Shown here one piece after another: positions 1 to 10,346 of a stretch of DNA of 29,786 bases (position 1 is its first letter; each line of letters opens with the position of its first letter). A program made the translations under genes and the position numbers. Below the pieces are notes generated by a model. The model was not told the DNA's origin. It searched no databases and saw nothing but the letters and a program-made list of their open reading frames with translations. Source of the DNA: Octopus sinensis. Its lineage: Eukaryota. The stretch is taken from positions 1-29,786 of the forward strand of contig NW_021832897.1 in assembly GCF_006345805.1 (NCBI RefSeq), in the 5' to 3' direction.

Positions 1-81
1 ATATAGATATATATATATATATATATATAGCTATATATATATGCACACCCATATATATATAAGTACATTATGTGTGTATGT

Positions 82-369
82 AAATTGTGTACGGTCATAG
101 AGGTTAGTTGCCCTGTAGCGTAAACATCTCTTCCAAGATCTGCGAAGAGGAGACTAACAATGAACAATTACTTCGAAACCTGCAGATCTCCCGTCCATAT
201 TATAAATATTTATTCATACCAATACTCATTAGTGCACTTGGTTGTATTAGAAAATGCCTAAGCAACAATCTGAAGAATTCAGGCAAAAGAAAAGAACTTG
301 TTAACACGAACCTTACACGTACAATCTGTTCGTGGAACGGTAAAAATATGCAAGGCTTTCTTAAAGTTT
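82..369 (+). mobile_element. Degenerate C-terminal fragment of an R4/Dong-type (restriction-like endonuclease, RLE) non-LTR retrotransposon ORF
   Basis: Across two frameshifts it reads KLCTVIEVSCPV / VNISSKICEEETNNEQLLRNLQISRPYYKYLFIPILISALG...NLKNSG / RTLHVQSVRGTVKICKAFLKF. This aligns by eye with the fragments at 3492 and 20886 and with the RLE C-terminus pattern (E..CP...K...Y..L...P++IGALG...Q....GT+KI). Confidence 0.8.
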
Positions 370-482
370 GTTTTTGTTATCCAAATTCAAATGAACAAGC
401 TTTTGTTTCTTTGATAGAAACTAGCTCCCTCCTTTAAGAAAGAACGCTAGTAAATATAAAGAAGAGACATTCCATACAAATA

Positions 483-864
483 GAAAGAACCTCCCAGTAC
501 GAGTGCCCCATAGTACGAGTAATTTGCTATGCGTGCTGAGATTCGTGCAAATTTGAATTGAAGTACGAGGGGAAATCCGCAGTACGAGTACACAAATCGT
601 CCCATCTTTTAGGTAATTCAGTTAATAAAACGAGTTGACATTTTTCTTTTGCATTCTCTTTTTTATAATTGTCATTTTACTTGTAACAACACCTTTTCTG
701 TTTTAAAACCCATAAAAATTTATTTTTGAGTGGTTTCGTGGGGCTGGAACGGATTAATTATATTTTAGTTAATTTCAATGGGGAAAATTGATTTGTAAAA
801 CGAGTAAATCGTAAGACGAACTCGGTCATGGAACGAATTAAACTTGTACTGCGAGGTATCGCTG
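483..864. mobile_element. Tigger/pogo-like MITE (Tc1/mariner superfamily)
   Basis: Imperfect TIRs (ACCTCCCAGTACGAGT on the left; reverse complement of ACTTGTACTGCGAGGTATCGCTG on the right), TA at 481-482 and 865-866, internal AGTACGAG repeats, no ORF. Confidence 0.7.
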
Positions 865-974
865 TATATGCATACACTCACACACACTCAATCATATATA
901 CTTCCATACATATATATACATACTCTCTCATACACACACACACACTCTTCTCATACACACACACACACTCTTAT

Positions 975-1260
975 GTTGGAGCGAGGTCATTCAACCCTAT
1001 TATCTCTGGCCGAAATCAGATCGCCATGTTGATTCGCTAGCTTCTGCACGCATGTTTTTTTTCTCTCCTTCTTTCTGTGTTTTTTTATCGGTGTACTTTC
1101 TGTTGAAGAGCGTAGGCTCGAAACGTTAAAGACTTGTTTTTATTTATTTCCTGAGCGCCATACTAATACAATTGTTTGTTTGTATTCCACCTGCCTTCGT
1201 CTTTTGTTTATTTCCGTAAACCTGCCTTCGTCTTTTGTCTATTTTCATAAAGCTTACCGT
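975..1260 (+). mobile_element. Penelope-like element terminus (pLTR-like) with a hammerhead motif, ending in (TA)n
   Basis: Hammerhead motif at 1096-1131. The downstream TTTCCTGAGCGCC..TAATA..TTCCAC block is shared with the copy at 27600-27843. A 31-bp tandem duplication lies at 1189-1250. Confidence 0.65.
1096..1131 (+). ncRNA. Minimal type I hammerhead ribozyme motif (variant core)
   Basis: CUUU-CUGUUGA-A-GAGC(GUAG)GCUC-GAAA-C-GUU-AAAG: stem I CUUU/AAAG, 4-bp stem II, palindromic ACGU stem III. Core A6 is replaced by U. Confidence 0.6.
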
Positions 1261-1296
1261 TATATATATATTATATATATATATATATATATAATA

Positions 1297-1510
1297 TAGT
1301 TAATCAAACATGAAAACACGAAGAGAAAACACAACAACGCGAGAGTGGCGTGGAACAAATATAGTATTATTGGACGTTCAGGAAGGAAGGGAAGAAGGAG
1401 GGTTTTATGTTTCGAGCGGAGCTCTTCGTCAGAAACATAGGAAAAGCAAAGATCCAGAGAAGGGAAGACGGAGGAAAAAAAATTGCCAACGGTACACACG
1501 CGGTCACATT
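1297..1510 (-). mobile_element. Penelope-like element terminus with a hammerhead motif
   Basis: The reverse complement aligns with 27620-27843 (GGATCTTT..TATGTTTC.GACGAAGAGCTCCGCTCGAAAC..TTCCTGA.CG..AATAATACT..TTGTTCCACG..GATTAA) and ends in the (TA)n at 1261-1296. Confidence 0.7.
1402..1436 (-). ncRNA. Minimal type I hammerhead ribozyme motif
   Basis: GUUU-CUGACGA-A-GAGC(UCC)GCUC-GAAA-C-AUA-AAAC: intact CUGANGA/GAAA/UH core and stem I GUUU/AAAC. Stem III reads ACAU, probably CpG decay of ACGU. Confidence 0.7.
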
Positions 1511-1512
1511 TT

Positions 1513-1633
1513 ACACATACATACATTCATGCATACATACATATATACTTATATGCATACACACATGCATGAACACATACATACATACATACATACATAC
1601 ATACATACATACATACTTACATGCATACATACA
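1513..1633. repeat. (TACA)n microsatellite, imperfect
   Basis: Direct reading. Confidence 0.95.
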
Positions 1634-1681
1634 TGATGATGATTGCCTCATTTTGTCAGATGACAACCGTCTCACATTCAA

Positions 1682-2297
1682 CTTTTACTCTTACTCTTTT
1701 ACTCTTTTACTTGTTTCAGTCATTTGACTGCGGCCATGCTGGAGCACCGCCTTTAGTCGAGCAAATCGACCCCCAGGGACTTATTCTTTGTAAGCCCAGT
1801 ACTTATTCTATCGGTCTCTTTTGCCGAACCGCTAAGTTACGGGGACGTAAACACACCAGCATCGGTTGTCAAGCAATGCTAGGGGAACAAACACACACAC
1901 ACAAACACACACATACACATATATACATATATATGACAGGCTTCTTTCAGTTTCCGTCTACCAAATCCACTCACAAGGTATTGGTCGGCCCGGGGCTATA
2001 GCAGAAGACACTTGCCCAAGATGCCACGCAGTGGGACTGAACCCGGAACCTATTTCTTTATTACCCACAAGGGGTTAAACACAGAGGGGACAACAAGGAC
2101 AGACATAGGTATTAAGTCGATTACATCGACCCCAGTGCTTAACTGGTACTTAATTTATCGACCCCGAAAGGATGAAAGGCAAAGTCGACCTCGGCGGAAT
2201 TTGAACTCACAACGTAACGCAGACGAAATACCGCTAAGCATTTCGCCCGGCGTGTGGTTGGTTAGCAAGCTACTTACCACACAGCCACTCCTGCGCC
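1682..2297 (-). mobile_element. SINE family A (tRNA-derived head, CORE-like segment, internal TA/TG microsatellite, (AAAGAGT)n tail), interrupted by a SINE-B unit
   Basis: Head GGCGCAGGAGTGGCTGTGTGG (A box) ... GGTTCAGTCCC (B box), then CTTGGGCAAGTGTCTT. Near-identical to the copies at 25690-26467 and 26627-28099. Confidence 0.9.
2051..2251 (-). mobile_element. SINE-B (B2 tail) unit inserted between the A and B boxes of SINE A
   Basis: The SINE A consensus GGAACCATGTGGTTGG is split as GGAACC|...|TGTGGTTGG. The insert matches the B units elsewhere in the window. Confidence 0.9.
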
Positions 2298-2596
2298 TCA
2301 TTGTTCTGATTTAGTTTCATCCTTGCATGTGCGCGGATATGACTTTTCGTCGTACATCCATTGCCATAGAACTTTATAACCTCAAGAAATGAAATGAATA
2401 GTGAGGCTTTTGTACGTCACTGGATTTAAATGATAAAAACTTCTACAATACTTTTACCATTCTCTCGGTAGTCATTGTCAGTTCCTGTGCTAAGCATTAC
2501 AAAATGACTGATACTGTTTTGACTGAAATTTTTATGTCAGAGTATCTTTCTCCCAAAAGAGTTACTTTCGCTATGGCTTTGTCAATAATAACGGGA

Positions 2597-3169
2597 GCTG
2601 GCAGAAACGTTAGCACGCCGGGCAAAAATGCTTAGCGGTATTTCGTCTGCCGTTACGTTCTGAGTTCAAATTCCGCCGAGGTCGACTTTGCCTTTCATCC
2701 TTTTGGGGGTCGATAAATTAAGTACCAGTTGCACAATGGGGTAGATCTAATCGACTCGTCCCCTCCCTGTTGTGTTATATCCAATGTAAGATGAGCTGGC
2801 AGAAACGTTAGCACGCCGGGCGAAATGCTTAGCGGTATTTCGTCTGAGTTCAAGTTCCGCCGAGGTCGACTTTGCCTTTCATCCTTTCGAGGTGGATGAA
2901 TTAAGTGCCAGTTGCCCACTGGGGTCGATATAATCGACTTAATCCGTTTGTCTGTCCTTGTTTGCCCTCTCTGTGTTTAGCCCCTTGTAGGTAGTAAAAA
3001 AATAGGTATTTCGTCTGTCTTTACGTTCTCAGTTCAAATGCCGTCGGGATCGACTTTGCCTTTCATCCTTTCAGGATCGATAAATTAAGTACCAGTTGCG
3101 TATTGGAGTCGATCTAATCGACTGGCCTCTTCCCCCAAAATTTAGAACCTTGTGCGTAGAGTAGGAAAG
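2597..3169 (+). mobile_element. SINE-B composite (3 units) bracketed by one 13-bp TSD
   Basis: A box TGGCAGAAACG, B box GAGTTCAAATTCC. AATAATAACGGGA occurs at 2584-2596 and 3170-3182. Confidence 0.9.
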
Positions 3170-3334
3170 AATAATAACGGGAATCTTTTAAACCCATAAA
3201 TGGAATCCTAACAGGTACTACAGTTCCAGGAACAAACAGACCTGAGAGTAGTGGTAATTAAGGGTTGACACCACGCTCCCCACAACTCCAAAGCACTCGT
3301 GCCGGTGCCCCACTACCAGATGCAATTTAATGCA

Positions 3335-3491
3335 ACATACGTACATACATACATTTATACATTACATACATTTATACATTACATACATGCATACATACAT
3401 ACATACATACATACATTTATACATTACATACATGCATACATACATACATACATACATACATACATACATACATACATACATACATACATAC
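3335..3491. repeat. (TACA)n microsatellite
   Basis: Direct reading. Confidence 0.95.
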
Positions 3492-3881
3492 AGAAATCTG
3501 CTGTTATTCTATCCAGATTACAAGTTCAGTTTTATACCTGTAATTATTGGGGCCTAAATACCAATCTTGAGAAATTAGGTTTCTTAAAATCAGAAATTCT
3601 CAGACTACTGATGCAATCCATCGCTGGAACCGTAAAAATCTGTAAAACTTTCAAGAAGTTTATCATTTAAATATATATTAGCATGTCTAGATATGTAATT
3701 ATATGCATGAGAATACATACATAAAACATACATACATACACACATACATACATATATACATACATGCATACAAAAATACCCTATTGTTGATGTTGAAATT
3801 CCAATGAAAGAGCCTTGGATTTTGGTTAGAAACCGGTTCTTTCTCTGTTGGCAAGAAATCTTCAAATAAACTGAATATTGA
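3492..3881 (+). mobile_element. 5'-truncated R4/Dong-type LINE 3' end (ORF C-terminus plus 3' UTR) embedded in (TACA)n
   Basis: RNLLLFYPDYKFSFIPVIIGA / LNTNLEKLGFLKSEILRLLMQSIAGTVKICKTFKKFII* (stop at 3668-3670), then ~210 nt of non-coding sequence with AATAAA. TACA arrays lie on both sides. Confidence 0.8.
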
Positions 3882-4032
3882 CATACATACATACATACAT
3901 ACATACATAGACACACACATAAATACATACATACATACATGCATACATACATACATACATACATACATACATACATACATACATACATACATACATACAT
4001 ACATACATACATACATACATACATACATACAT
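3881..4032. repeat. (TACA)n microsatellite
   Basis: Direct reading. Confidence 0.95.
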
Positions 4033-4057
4033 GTAGTGACCAGCTGTTACATATACC

Positions 4058-4112
4058 TTGCTACTCCAATATGTAAGAGTGATAGTAAAATTATGCAAGA
4101 CTTTCCAAAAGG
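4058..4112 (+). mobile_element. Very short remnant of the same R4/Dong-type ORF end
   Basis: LLLQYVRVIVKLCKTFQK resembles LMQSIAGTVKICKTFKK and VQSVRGTVKICKAFLK in the other copies. Confidence 0.5.
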
Positions 4113-4183
4113 TCACTGTTTTTATTCAAATTTCAGCGATAAAGTTTCGTTTCCGAATTAGAAAGCAGTTGCTTCTGCGCGTG

Positions 4184-4345
4184 AATAAGTTAAATAATAA
4201 AAAAAAAACGGGACACACGCATACACATATACATACATAACATGGATACGTAGCATTTATACATATATAACATATACACACAATATTAATACATGCATAC
4301 CAACTCATAGTCATACATACATGCATACACACATACATACATACA

Positions 4346-4376
<31 letters not shown>

Positions 4377-4385
4377 GTACATACA

Positions 4386-4416
<31 letters not shown>

Positions 4417-4842
4417 GTACATACACCCGCATATTCATACATATGCATAGACATATAAAGAATTATACATACATGCATACTTTAACACGTAGATTTACAT
4501 ACAGGTGCATATTTAAGTATAGCCATATATACGTACACACAAATATATACGCAAGCACATGCATCCGTATACACATATACATGCGATTATACACACATAA
4601 ATACCAATACACATTTGTAGTATGTATGCTAGTTACTGCGTGTACATATATATTTATATACATACATGTAGTGGGCAGCTACGTACATTATTTGCAGATA
4701 TATATTAAGTCACACGCACACTATATGGATATACTTAAATATGCACCTGTATGTAAATCTACGTGTTAAAGTATGCATGTATGTATAATTCTTTATATGT
4801 CTATGCATATGTATGAATATACGTGTGTATGTACGTATGTAC

Positions 4843-4873
<31 letters not shown>

Positions 4874-5080
4874 TGCATGTATGTATGTATGTATGTATGT
4901 ATGCATGTATGTATGTATGTATGCATGTATGTACAATGTATGTATGTATGTATGTATGTATGCATGTATGTACAATGTATGTATGTATGTATGTATGCAT
5001 GTATGTATGTATGCATGTATGTACATATGTATGTATGTATGTATGCATGCATGTATGTATGTATGTATGTATGTATGTAC

Positions 5081-5111
<31 letters not shown>

Positions 5112-5317
5112 TGTATGTATGCATGTATGACTATGAGTTGGTATGCATGTATTAATATTGTGTGTATATGTTATATATGTATAAATGCTACGTATGTATG
5201 TTATGTATGTATGTATGTATGTATGTATGTATGTATGTATGTATGTATGTATGTATGTTATGTATGTATATATGTATGCGTGTGTCCCGTTTTTTTTTTT
5301 TTATTATTTAACTTATT
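4184..5317. repeat. Long inverted repeat (fold-back): arms 4184-4529 and 4722-5317, 192-bp spacer
   Basis: Non-microsatellite blocks are mirrored, e.g. AATAAGTTAAATAATAA..ACGGGACACACGC, CCAACTCATAGTCATA and TTTAACACGTAGATTTACATACAGGTGCATATTTAAG. The arms differ mainly in TACA/TATG tract length. Confidence 0.92.
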
Positions 5318-5533
5318 TGGGGTTTGCTGTGGGTTAAAGGAATGAACCAGGCTATTTATCATTCGAATATAACAACTACTACAAACGTTTCTGATTAAGG
5401 CAACAAAAACACAAATTAGCAATTAGTGTGATTAAACCTGATTGTAAAATAATGAACATTATTTTTAATTTTTGGGGGGTTTTTTTTTGCTTTTTTTGTT
5501 TTGTTTTTTTCTTGATTTCTTTATTTAACATTT

Positions 5534-5866
5534 TCACCAGTTCGAACTGAATGACTGTTCTAGTATCGAAACAAAATGGAGACAGAACTCTGAACAATAA
5601 CAACAACGACGACAACAACGACGACGATGGCAATGACTTGTTACATCCAGGGTTGTATTTAATGAAACCTGTTCTGAAATGCCATGGCTAGTGTTTGTGG
5701 CGCCATCTTCCGACCTGTTCTCGTACAGCTGTGTGTCGTCTGCCAGAAACGTTTGCGTGATAAATAATGTTGTTTCTTCGACTTGTAAGTTTTTCAGTTG
5801 AGTATAATAACAACTTCTTGACTCTGTTTGAAAGTACCTTTTAACATTGCTGCCTTTTATATCTTT
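5534..5866 (-). CDS. Candidate terminal coding exon, product unknown
   Basis: Non-repetitive open frame (KDIKGSNVKR...LYENRSEDG...HCHRRRCCRRCCYCSEF...SSNW*) after a long polypyrimidine tract and an AG at 5868-5867. AATAAA follows just after the stop. No recognisable domain. Confidence 0.25.
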   Translation of the reverse strand, partial: KDIKGSNVKRYFQTESRSCYYTQLKNLQVEETTLFITQTFLADDTQLYENRSEDGATNTSHGISEQVSLNTTLDVTSHCHRRRCCRRCCYCSEFCLHFVSILEQSFSSNW

Positions 5867-6113
5867 CTTTATTTGAAAAAGAAAAGAGTAAAATAAAAGA
5901 AAAGAAGAAGAAAGAGAAAGGAAGAAACTCAAAGAAGATTAGCTCAAGAATTGTATATTGTAAATAAATGAATCTATTCGAGCAAAGATCGTTATGCGGT
6001 ACGAAAGAAAAATTTAGTTGAAACAACTAAATATGAACCATCATTGCATTCACCCTTCTTGTTCTAATTTGTGTAGATAATGACGGAGGTAGTAGAGGGC
6101 GGGGGTGCTTTAT

Positions 6114-6114
<1 letters not shown>

Positions 6115-6162
<48 letters not shown>

Positions 6163-6177
6163 AAATAGTAGTAGAAA

Positions 6178-6222
<45 letters not shown>

Positions 6223-6237
6223 AAATAGTAGTAGAAA

Positions 6238-6276
<39 letters not shown>

Positions 6277-6360
6277 AAATAGTAGTAGAAATAGTAGTAG
6301 TAATAGTAGTAGTAGTAGTAGTAGTAGTAGAAGAAGAAGAAGAAGAGAAGAAGAAGAAGA

Positions 6361-6416
<56 letters not shown>

Positions 6417-6420
6417 AAAT
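6115..6420. repeat. (AGT)n/(AGA)n compound trinucleotide microsatellite with AGAAAT interruptions
   Basis: Direct reading. Confidence 0.95.
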
Positions 6421-6714
6421 AGTGGGTATGTGATTCAGGAGTAGTGGTATGTTGGTGAACTAAACTTTGCTACACAGAAAGTCTTTTGGGTTCCATCAAA
6501 GTTGTTTCTGGTTTTTTTTTTAATCAGTCAGAGATAGAGGCGAGACAGTTTTTATGACCTTTTCAATGGTCCCTTCCAGACTAACGAAACCGGTACGGTG
6601 GAAGCGCATCCTAAACCTATTCCGCATGAAATATATGGAGAGAGATTTGGTCTGAATGTCTGCAACAAGTAAGCCTCTGCTAAAGATGCTCAAGAACCGA
6701 GTTAAGGTGTTTAA

Positions 6715-6930
6715 CCCTTTAGTGTTTAAACCGGCCATATCAGGCCAAAACTGTCTTCTTGTTTTATGCTCAAACCAACCAGCTCTGACCTCTCACACCT
6801 ACCCTACAAAGTCATTAAAAATAAACAGCGACATCATAATCTCAGAGTTACAAGATGCCGTACAATTAATTTAAAACAATGTAATTAAACAGGCTTTACA
6901 TTTGACAGATTAATCTGAATGCTAAAGGAG
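6715..6930. mobile_element. piggyBac-like MITE
   Basis: TTAA|CCCTTTAG...CTAAAGGAG|TTAA, with the TTAA TSD at 6711-6714 and 6931-6934. Confidence 0.7.
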
Positions 6931-7387
6931 TTAAACAGGCAGTGTATTGGTTTTAACAGTAGCACTGTTCCAGATATACGTGTAGTGCCCCCACTTTGGG
7001 CTTTAAGAGCTTTGTAGAGAGTCAGCAAATGAACAGAGCCGCGCTATTTTCGAGCTGCAAATAGGAAGCGTGGTCTTTATGATGCAGATTTAGCAATGTG
7101 ATATATGTGAACTTGTCATGTGAGATCACTGAGATTGTATGATCTAGCATTTCCAATTAATAAGAGGTGGGGTATTATTCGTTATTTATGAATAGAGAGA
7201 TTGAAATACTTGACTGTGTATTCCATGTGCGTAGTTATTGCAATGCATGTTATCATTTCGCTATTGAAGCATGTTTCCGAGGTCTTTGCTAACGTCATGA
7301 AATGTCTAGGCTGTGTGTGGTTGATGCCTGCGTACGGATGTTTCTGTAGGGTGTAAAGTATATATCTTCAGAGGAGTGCATAATACT

Positions 7388-8040
7388 GATTTTAAATGTT
7401 GGCACAAGGCCAGCAATATCGGCGGAGGGGTAAAGTCAATTACATCGAGTCCAGTGATCAACTGGTATTTATTTTATCGACCCCGGAAGGATGAAAGGCA
7501 AAGTCGACCTCAGTGGAATTTGGACTTAGAACGTAAATACGGACGAAATGCCGCCAAGCATTTCGCCCGGGGTGCTAACGATTCTTATTTCTTTATTGCC
7601 CACAAGGGGCTAAACATCGAGGGGACAAACAAGAACAGACAAAGGGATTAAGTCGATTACATCGACCCAGTACGTAACTGGTACTTAATTTATCGACCCC
7701 GAAAGGATGAAAGACAAAGTCGACCTCGGCAGAATTTGAACCCAGAACATAACCTTTTCTACTCTAGCCACAAGGCCCGAAATATTTTGAGGAAGGGGCC
7801 CGTCGATTAGATCGACCCCAGTATGCAACTGGTACTTAATTTATCGACCCCGAAAGGATGAAAGGCAAAGTCGATCTCGGCGGAATTTGAACCCAGAAAT
7901 AGGCAGACGAAATACTTATTTCCATTTCATTACTACCTACAAGGGGCTAAACACAGAGGGGACAAACAAGGACAGACAAATGGATTAAGTCGATTTTATC
8001 GACCCTAGTGTGTAACTGGTACTTATTTAATCGACCCCGA
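7388..8040 (-). mobile_element. SINE-B tandem array (4 units, 5' head missing)
   Basis: Repeated ATCGACCCCGAAAGGATGAAAGGCAAAGTCGACCTC cores, with junctions at ~7585, ~7751 and ~7916. Confidence 0.9.
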
Positions 8041-8060
8041 TTAAATCGGACAGATCGTAG

Positions 8061-8374
8061 ATTTTTTTATGCGCCCTTTTCAAGCCTAGCCAGGCTGATG
8101 GGCCCGGTTTCCCGGTTTCTGAGGCATAAGTGTTCCCCCCAGCTGGACGGGACGCCAGTCACTTGCAGCGTTACTCAAGAAACAGTAAGAGAGAGAGTGA
8201 GAGAAAGCTGGAGCGAAAGAGTAAACAGGGGTCGCCACCACTCCCTGCCGGAGCCTCGTGGAGCTTTAGGTGTTGTCGCTCAATAAACACACACAACGCC
8301 CGGTCTGGAATCGAAACCGCGATCCTCCGACCGTGAGTCCGCTGCCCTAACTACTGGGTCATTGCGCCTCCACA
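8061..8374 (-). mobile_element. SINE family C (tRNA-derived), full length
   Basis: Head GGAGGCGCAATGACCCAGTAGTTAGGGC...GGTTTCGATTCC and an A-rich tail. 12-bp TSD GACAG(A/G)TCGTAG at 8049-8060 and 8375-8386. Related to 21350-21651. Confidence 0.88.
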
Positions 8375-8889
8375 GACAGGTCGTAGTAGTAGTAACGTCA
8401 AAATGTCTCCAGAAGTATACAACACTAGACTTAATATGAGTTAAGTGTCAATAAACTTATCATCTCCTACCTTAAACTTTGTCTTATTAATCAATAACAT
8501 CCACCTGTTTAGCAATATTTACTTACGAGACAGCTTCTATAAAGTCGTTCGTCCTAATAGAAACAGTAGCCGAACTTCCCTCAAATTGCAGTCTACCACC
8601 GCAAAATAGAACACCGTAGATAATATTGTTCAAGGTATACTTTACCTGAAAGTGTGACAAATATACGCGAAATATTTTAAATATTCATTGACAAACTGCC
8701 AGTGTAGAGTAAAAGCTAAGCTACTGTTCAGTCAAGCTTCCTGACACAGTTTCGATTCCTGGTACAAGTAGATTAATATCACGTTCTAAGGAAAAGCTGC
8801 ATAATATCACTAATGTTCTTAGGAAAAACACAGCTGTCACAACGTTACGTTATCAACGCAATTTCATTTCTAGATTTAAACAAATATAT

Positions 8890-9300
8890 TTCTCTTACAT
8901 TCTAGGCACAAGGTCGAAATTTGGGGGAGGGGACGAGTCGATTAGAACTGGTACTTAATTTATCGATCCCGAAAGGATGAAAGGCAAAGTCGACCTCGGC
9001 GGAATTTGAACTCAGAATGTATAGACAGACGAAATACCGCTAAGCATTTCGACCGTGCTAACGTTTCTTATTTCTTTATTGCCCACAAGGGGCTAAACAT
9101 AGAGGAGACAAACAAGGACAGACAAAGGGATTAAGTCGATTACATCGACCCCAGTGCGTAACTGGTACTTAATTTATCAACCCCGAAAGGTTGAAAGGCA
9201 AAGTCGAACTCGGCGGAATTTGAACTCAGAACGTAACGGCAGACGAAATACCGCAAAGTATTTCACCCGGCGTGCTAACGTTTCTGCCAGCTCGCCACCT
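8890..9300 (-). mobile_element. SINE-B dimer
   Basis: Head GGTGGCGAGCTGGCAGAAACG at ~9299, internal junction at 9067/9068. Confidence 0.9.
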
Positions 9301-9499
9301 TTCATCTTACATTGGATATAATACAACTGGTTGTGTTGCATCCTTCAGTGCAGGTGTATGTCATCAGGTAAAAAAGATACCTCGCTCAATATCTTTGGTT
9401 TCGCTTGGTTCGCTTATACGGCATGTTGTTATTGACAGGAGATGGATACAGTTTCCGGGTTATAACCGGTTAATGGATCTACCTATGGTTATTATATCA

Positions 9500-9740
9500 T
9501 ATGTATATGTATATATATATGTGAGTGTGTGTGTGGTGTGTGTGTGTGTGTGTCTGTGTGTGTGTTTGATTTCCCGCCGCCGCAGCTGGATAACTGATGC
9601 TGGTTTGTTCGACAAAAATGGATTTATAGAATAAGTACCAGGCTTTTAAAGAAATAAATCTTGGGTCGATTTGTTCGATTAAAGCCCTACAAGACCGGCT
9701 CCATCATGGTCGTAGTCCAAAGACTTTAACAAATAAAAGA
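9500..9740 (+). mobile_element. Old, degenerate 3' half of SINE A
   Basis: TG tract, then GATGCTGGT..ATAGAATAAGTAC..GGGTCGATTTG.TCGA.TAAA..GCTCCA.CATGG.CG.AGTC, matching 27865-28075. Confidence 0.7.
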
Positions 9741-9741
9741 C

Positions 9742-9772
<31 letters not shown>

Positions 9773-9789
9773 TGTATGTATGTATGTAT

Positions 9790-10155
9790 GCGCGGGGACA
9801 TAGAAATAATTGGACTGAATACCCGATCGTGCGATTAAACCATTGGGAGTGAAGGACTCCTTGCCTTTGTTAGGGCTTCCTTCTAGGAGAAGGTAACTGG
9901 GATAACTCCGACAAAAAAGCTGCGGCTCAGTGGTTACCGATGATGTTGACTTGTTCATCTTTTCGGATTATGGCTGCTGTTGCTTAGTGAGTGGGACTGA
10001 CTCAGTGCACAGCCTTTCCTCACTTTAAAAAAAAACTTCTTGCACAGGCATTGCACGATAACAACATTGATTAAGCTTCGTGCAATGGCCATACTCGATA
10101 ACGAGGGGCAGCCACCATGTATGTATGTATGTATGTTATTTATGTATGTATGTAT
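9790..10155 (+). mobile_element. Short non-autonomous RTE-related retroposon with (ATGT)n tail
   Basis: Ends in CCATACTCGATAACGAGGGGCAGCC (CTCG/CGAG stem-loop at 10094-10105) followed by a tandem tail, which is typical RTE 3'-end architecture. CTAGGAGAAGG at 9883-9893 resembles an RTE 5' UTR motif (recalled, not searched). Confidence 0.5.
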
Positions 10156-10346
10156 GGCGGCAAAGAGCAAAATGTCATGTGACATTCATTTAGCCCTGTC
10201 CTTTTCGTTATCAGTTCAAACCATACCGCAATTGGCTTTGCTTTACCTAAGCCAGAATTCATTATAAACAGAGATGAGGCAATAGATTGGCGAAAGGATT
10301 AGGGTGTTGGACTGAATCTCCTGCAGTATTATTAAAACTCCTTAAT

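Noticed and set aside
3299-5345. Many ORFs of MYVC/HTYI repeats (also near 1310-1727, 20465-20692 and 28535-28977)
   Set aside because: They are translations of stop-free TACA/TATG/CA microsatellites.
6080-6433. Poly-Ser/poly-Val ORFs (likewise 16303-16768, 19608-20033 and 28974-29600)
   Set aside because: Pure trinucleotide repeats, open in several frames, with no flanking coding signal.
6528-6668. Plus-strand exon candidate with TTTAATCAG acceptor and GTAAG donor
   Set aside because: All three frames contain a stop between these sites and there is no recognisable homology. A non-coding exon cannot be excluded.
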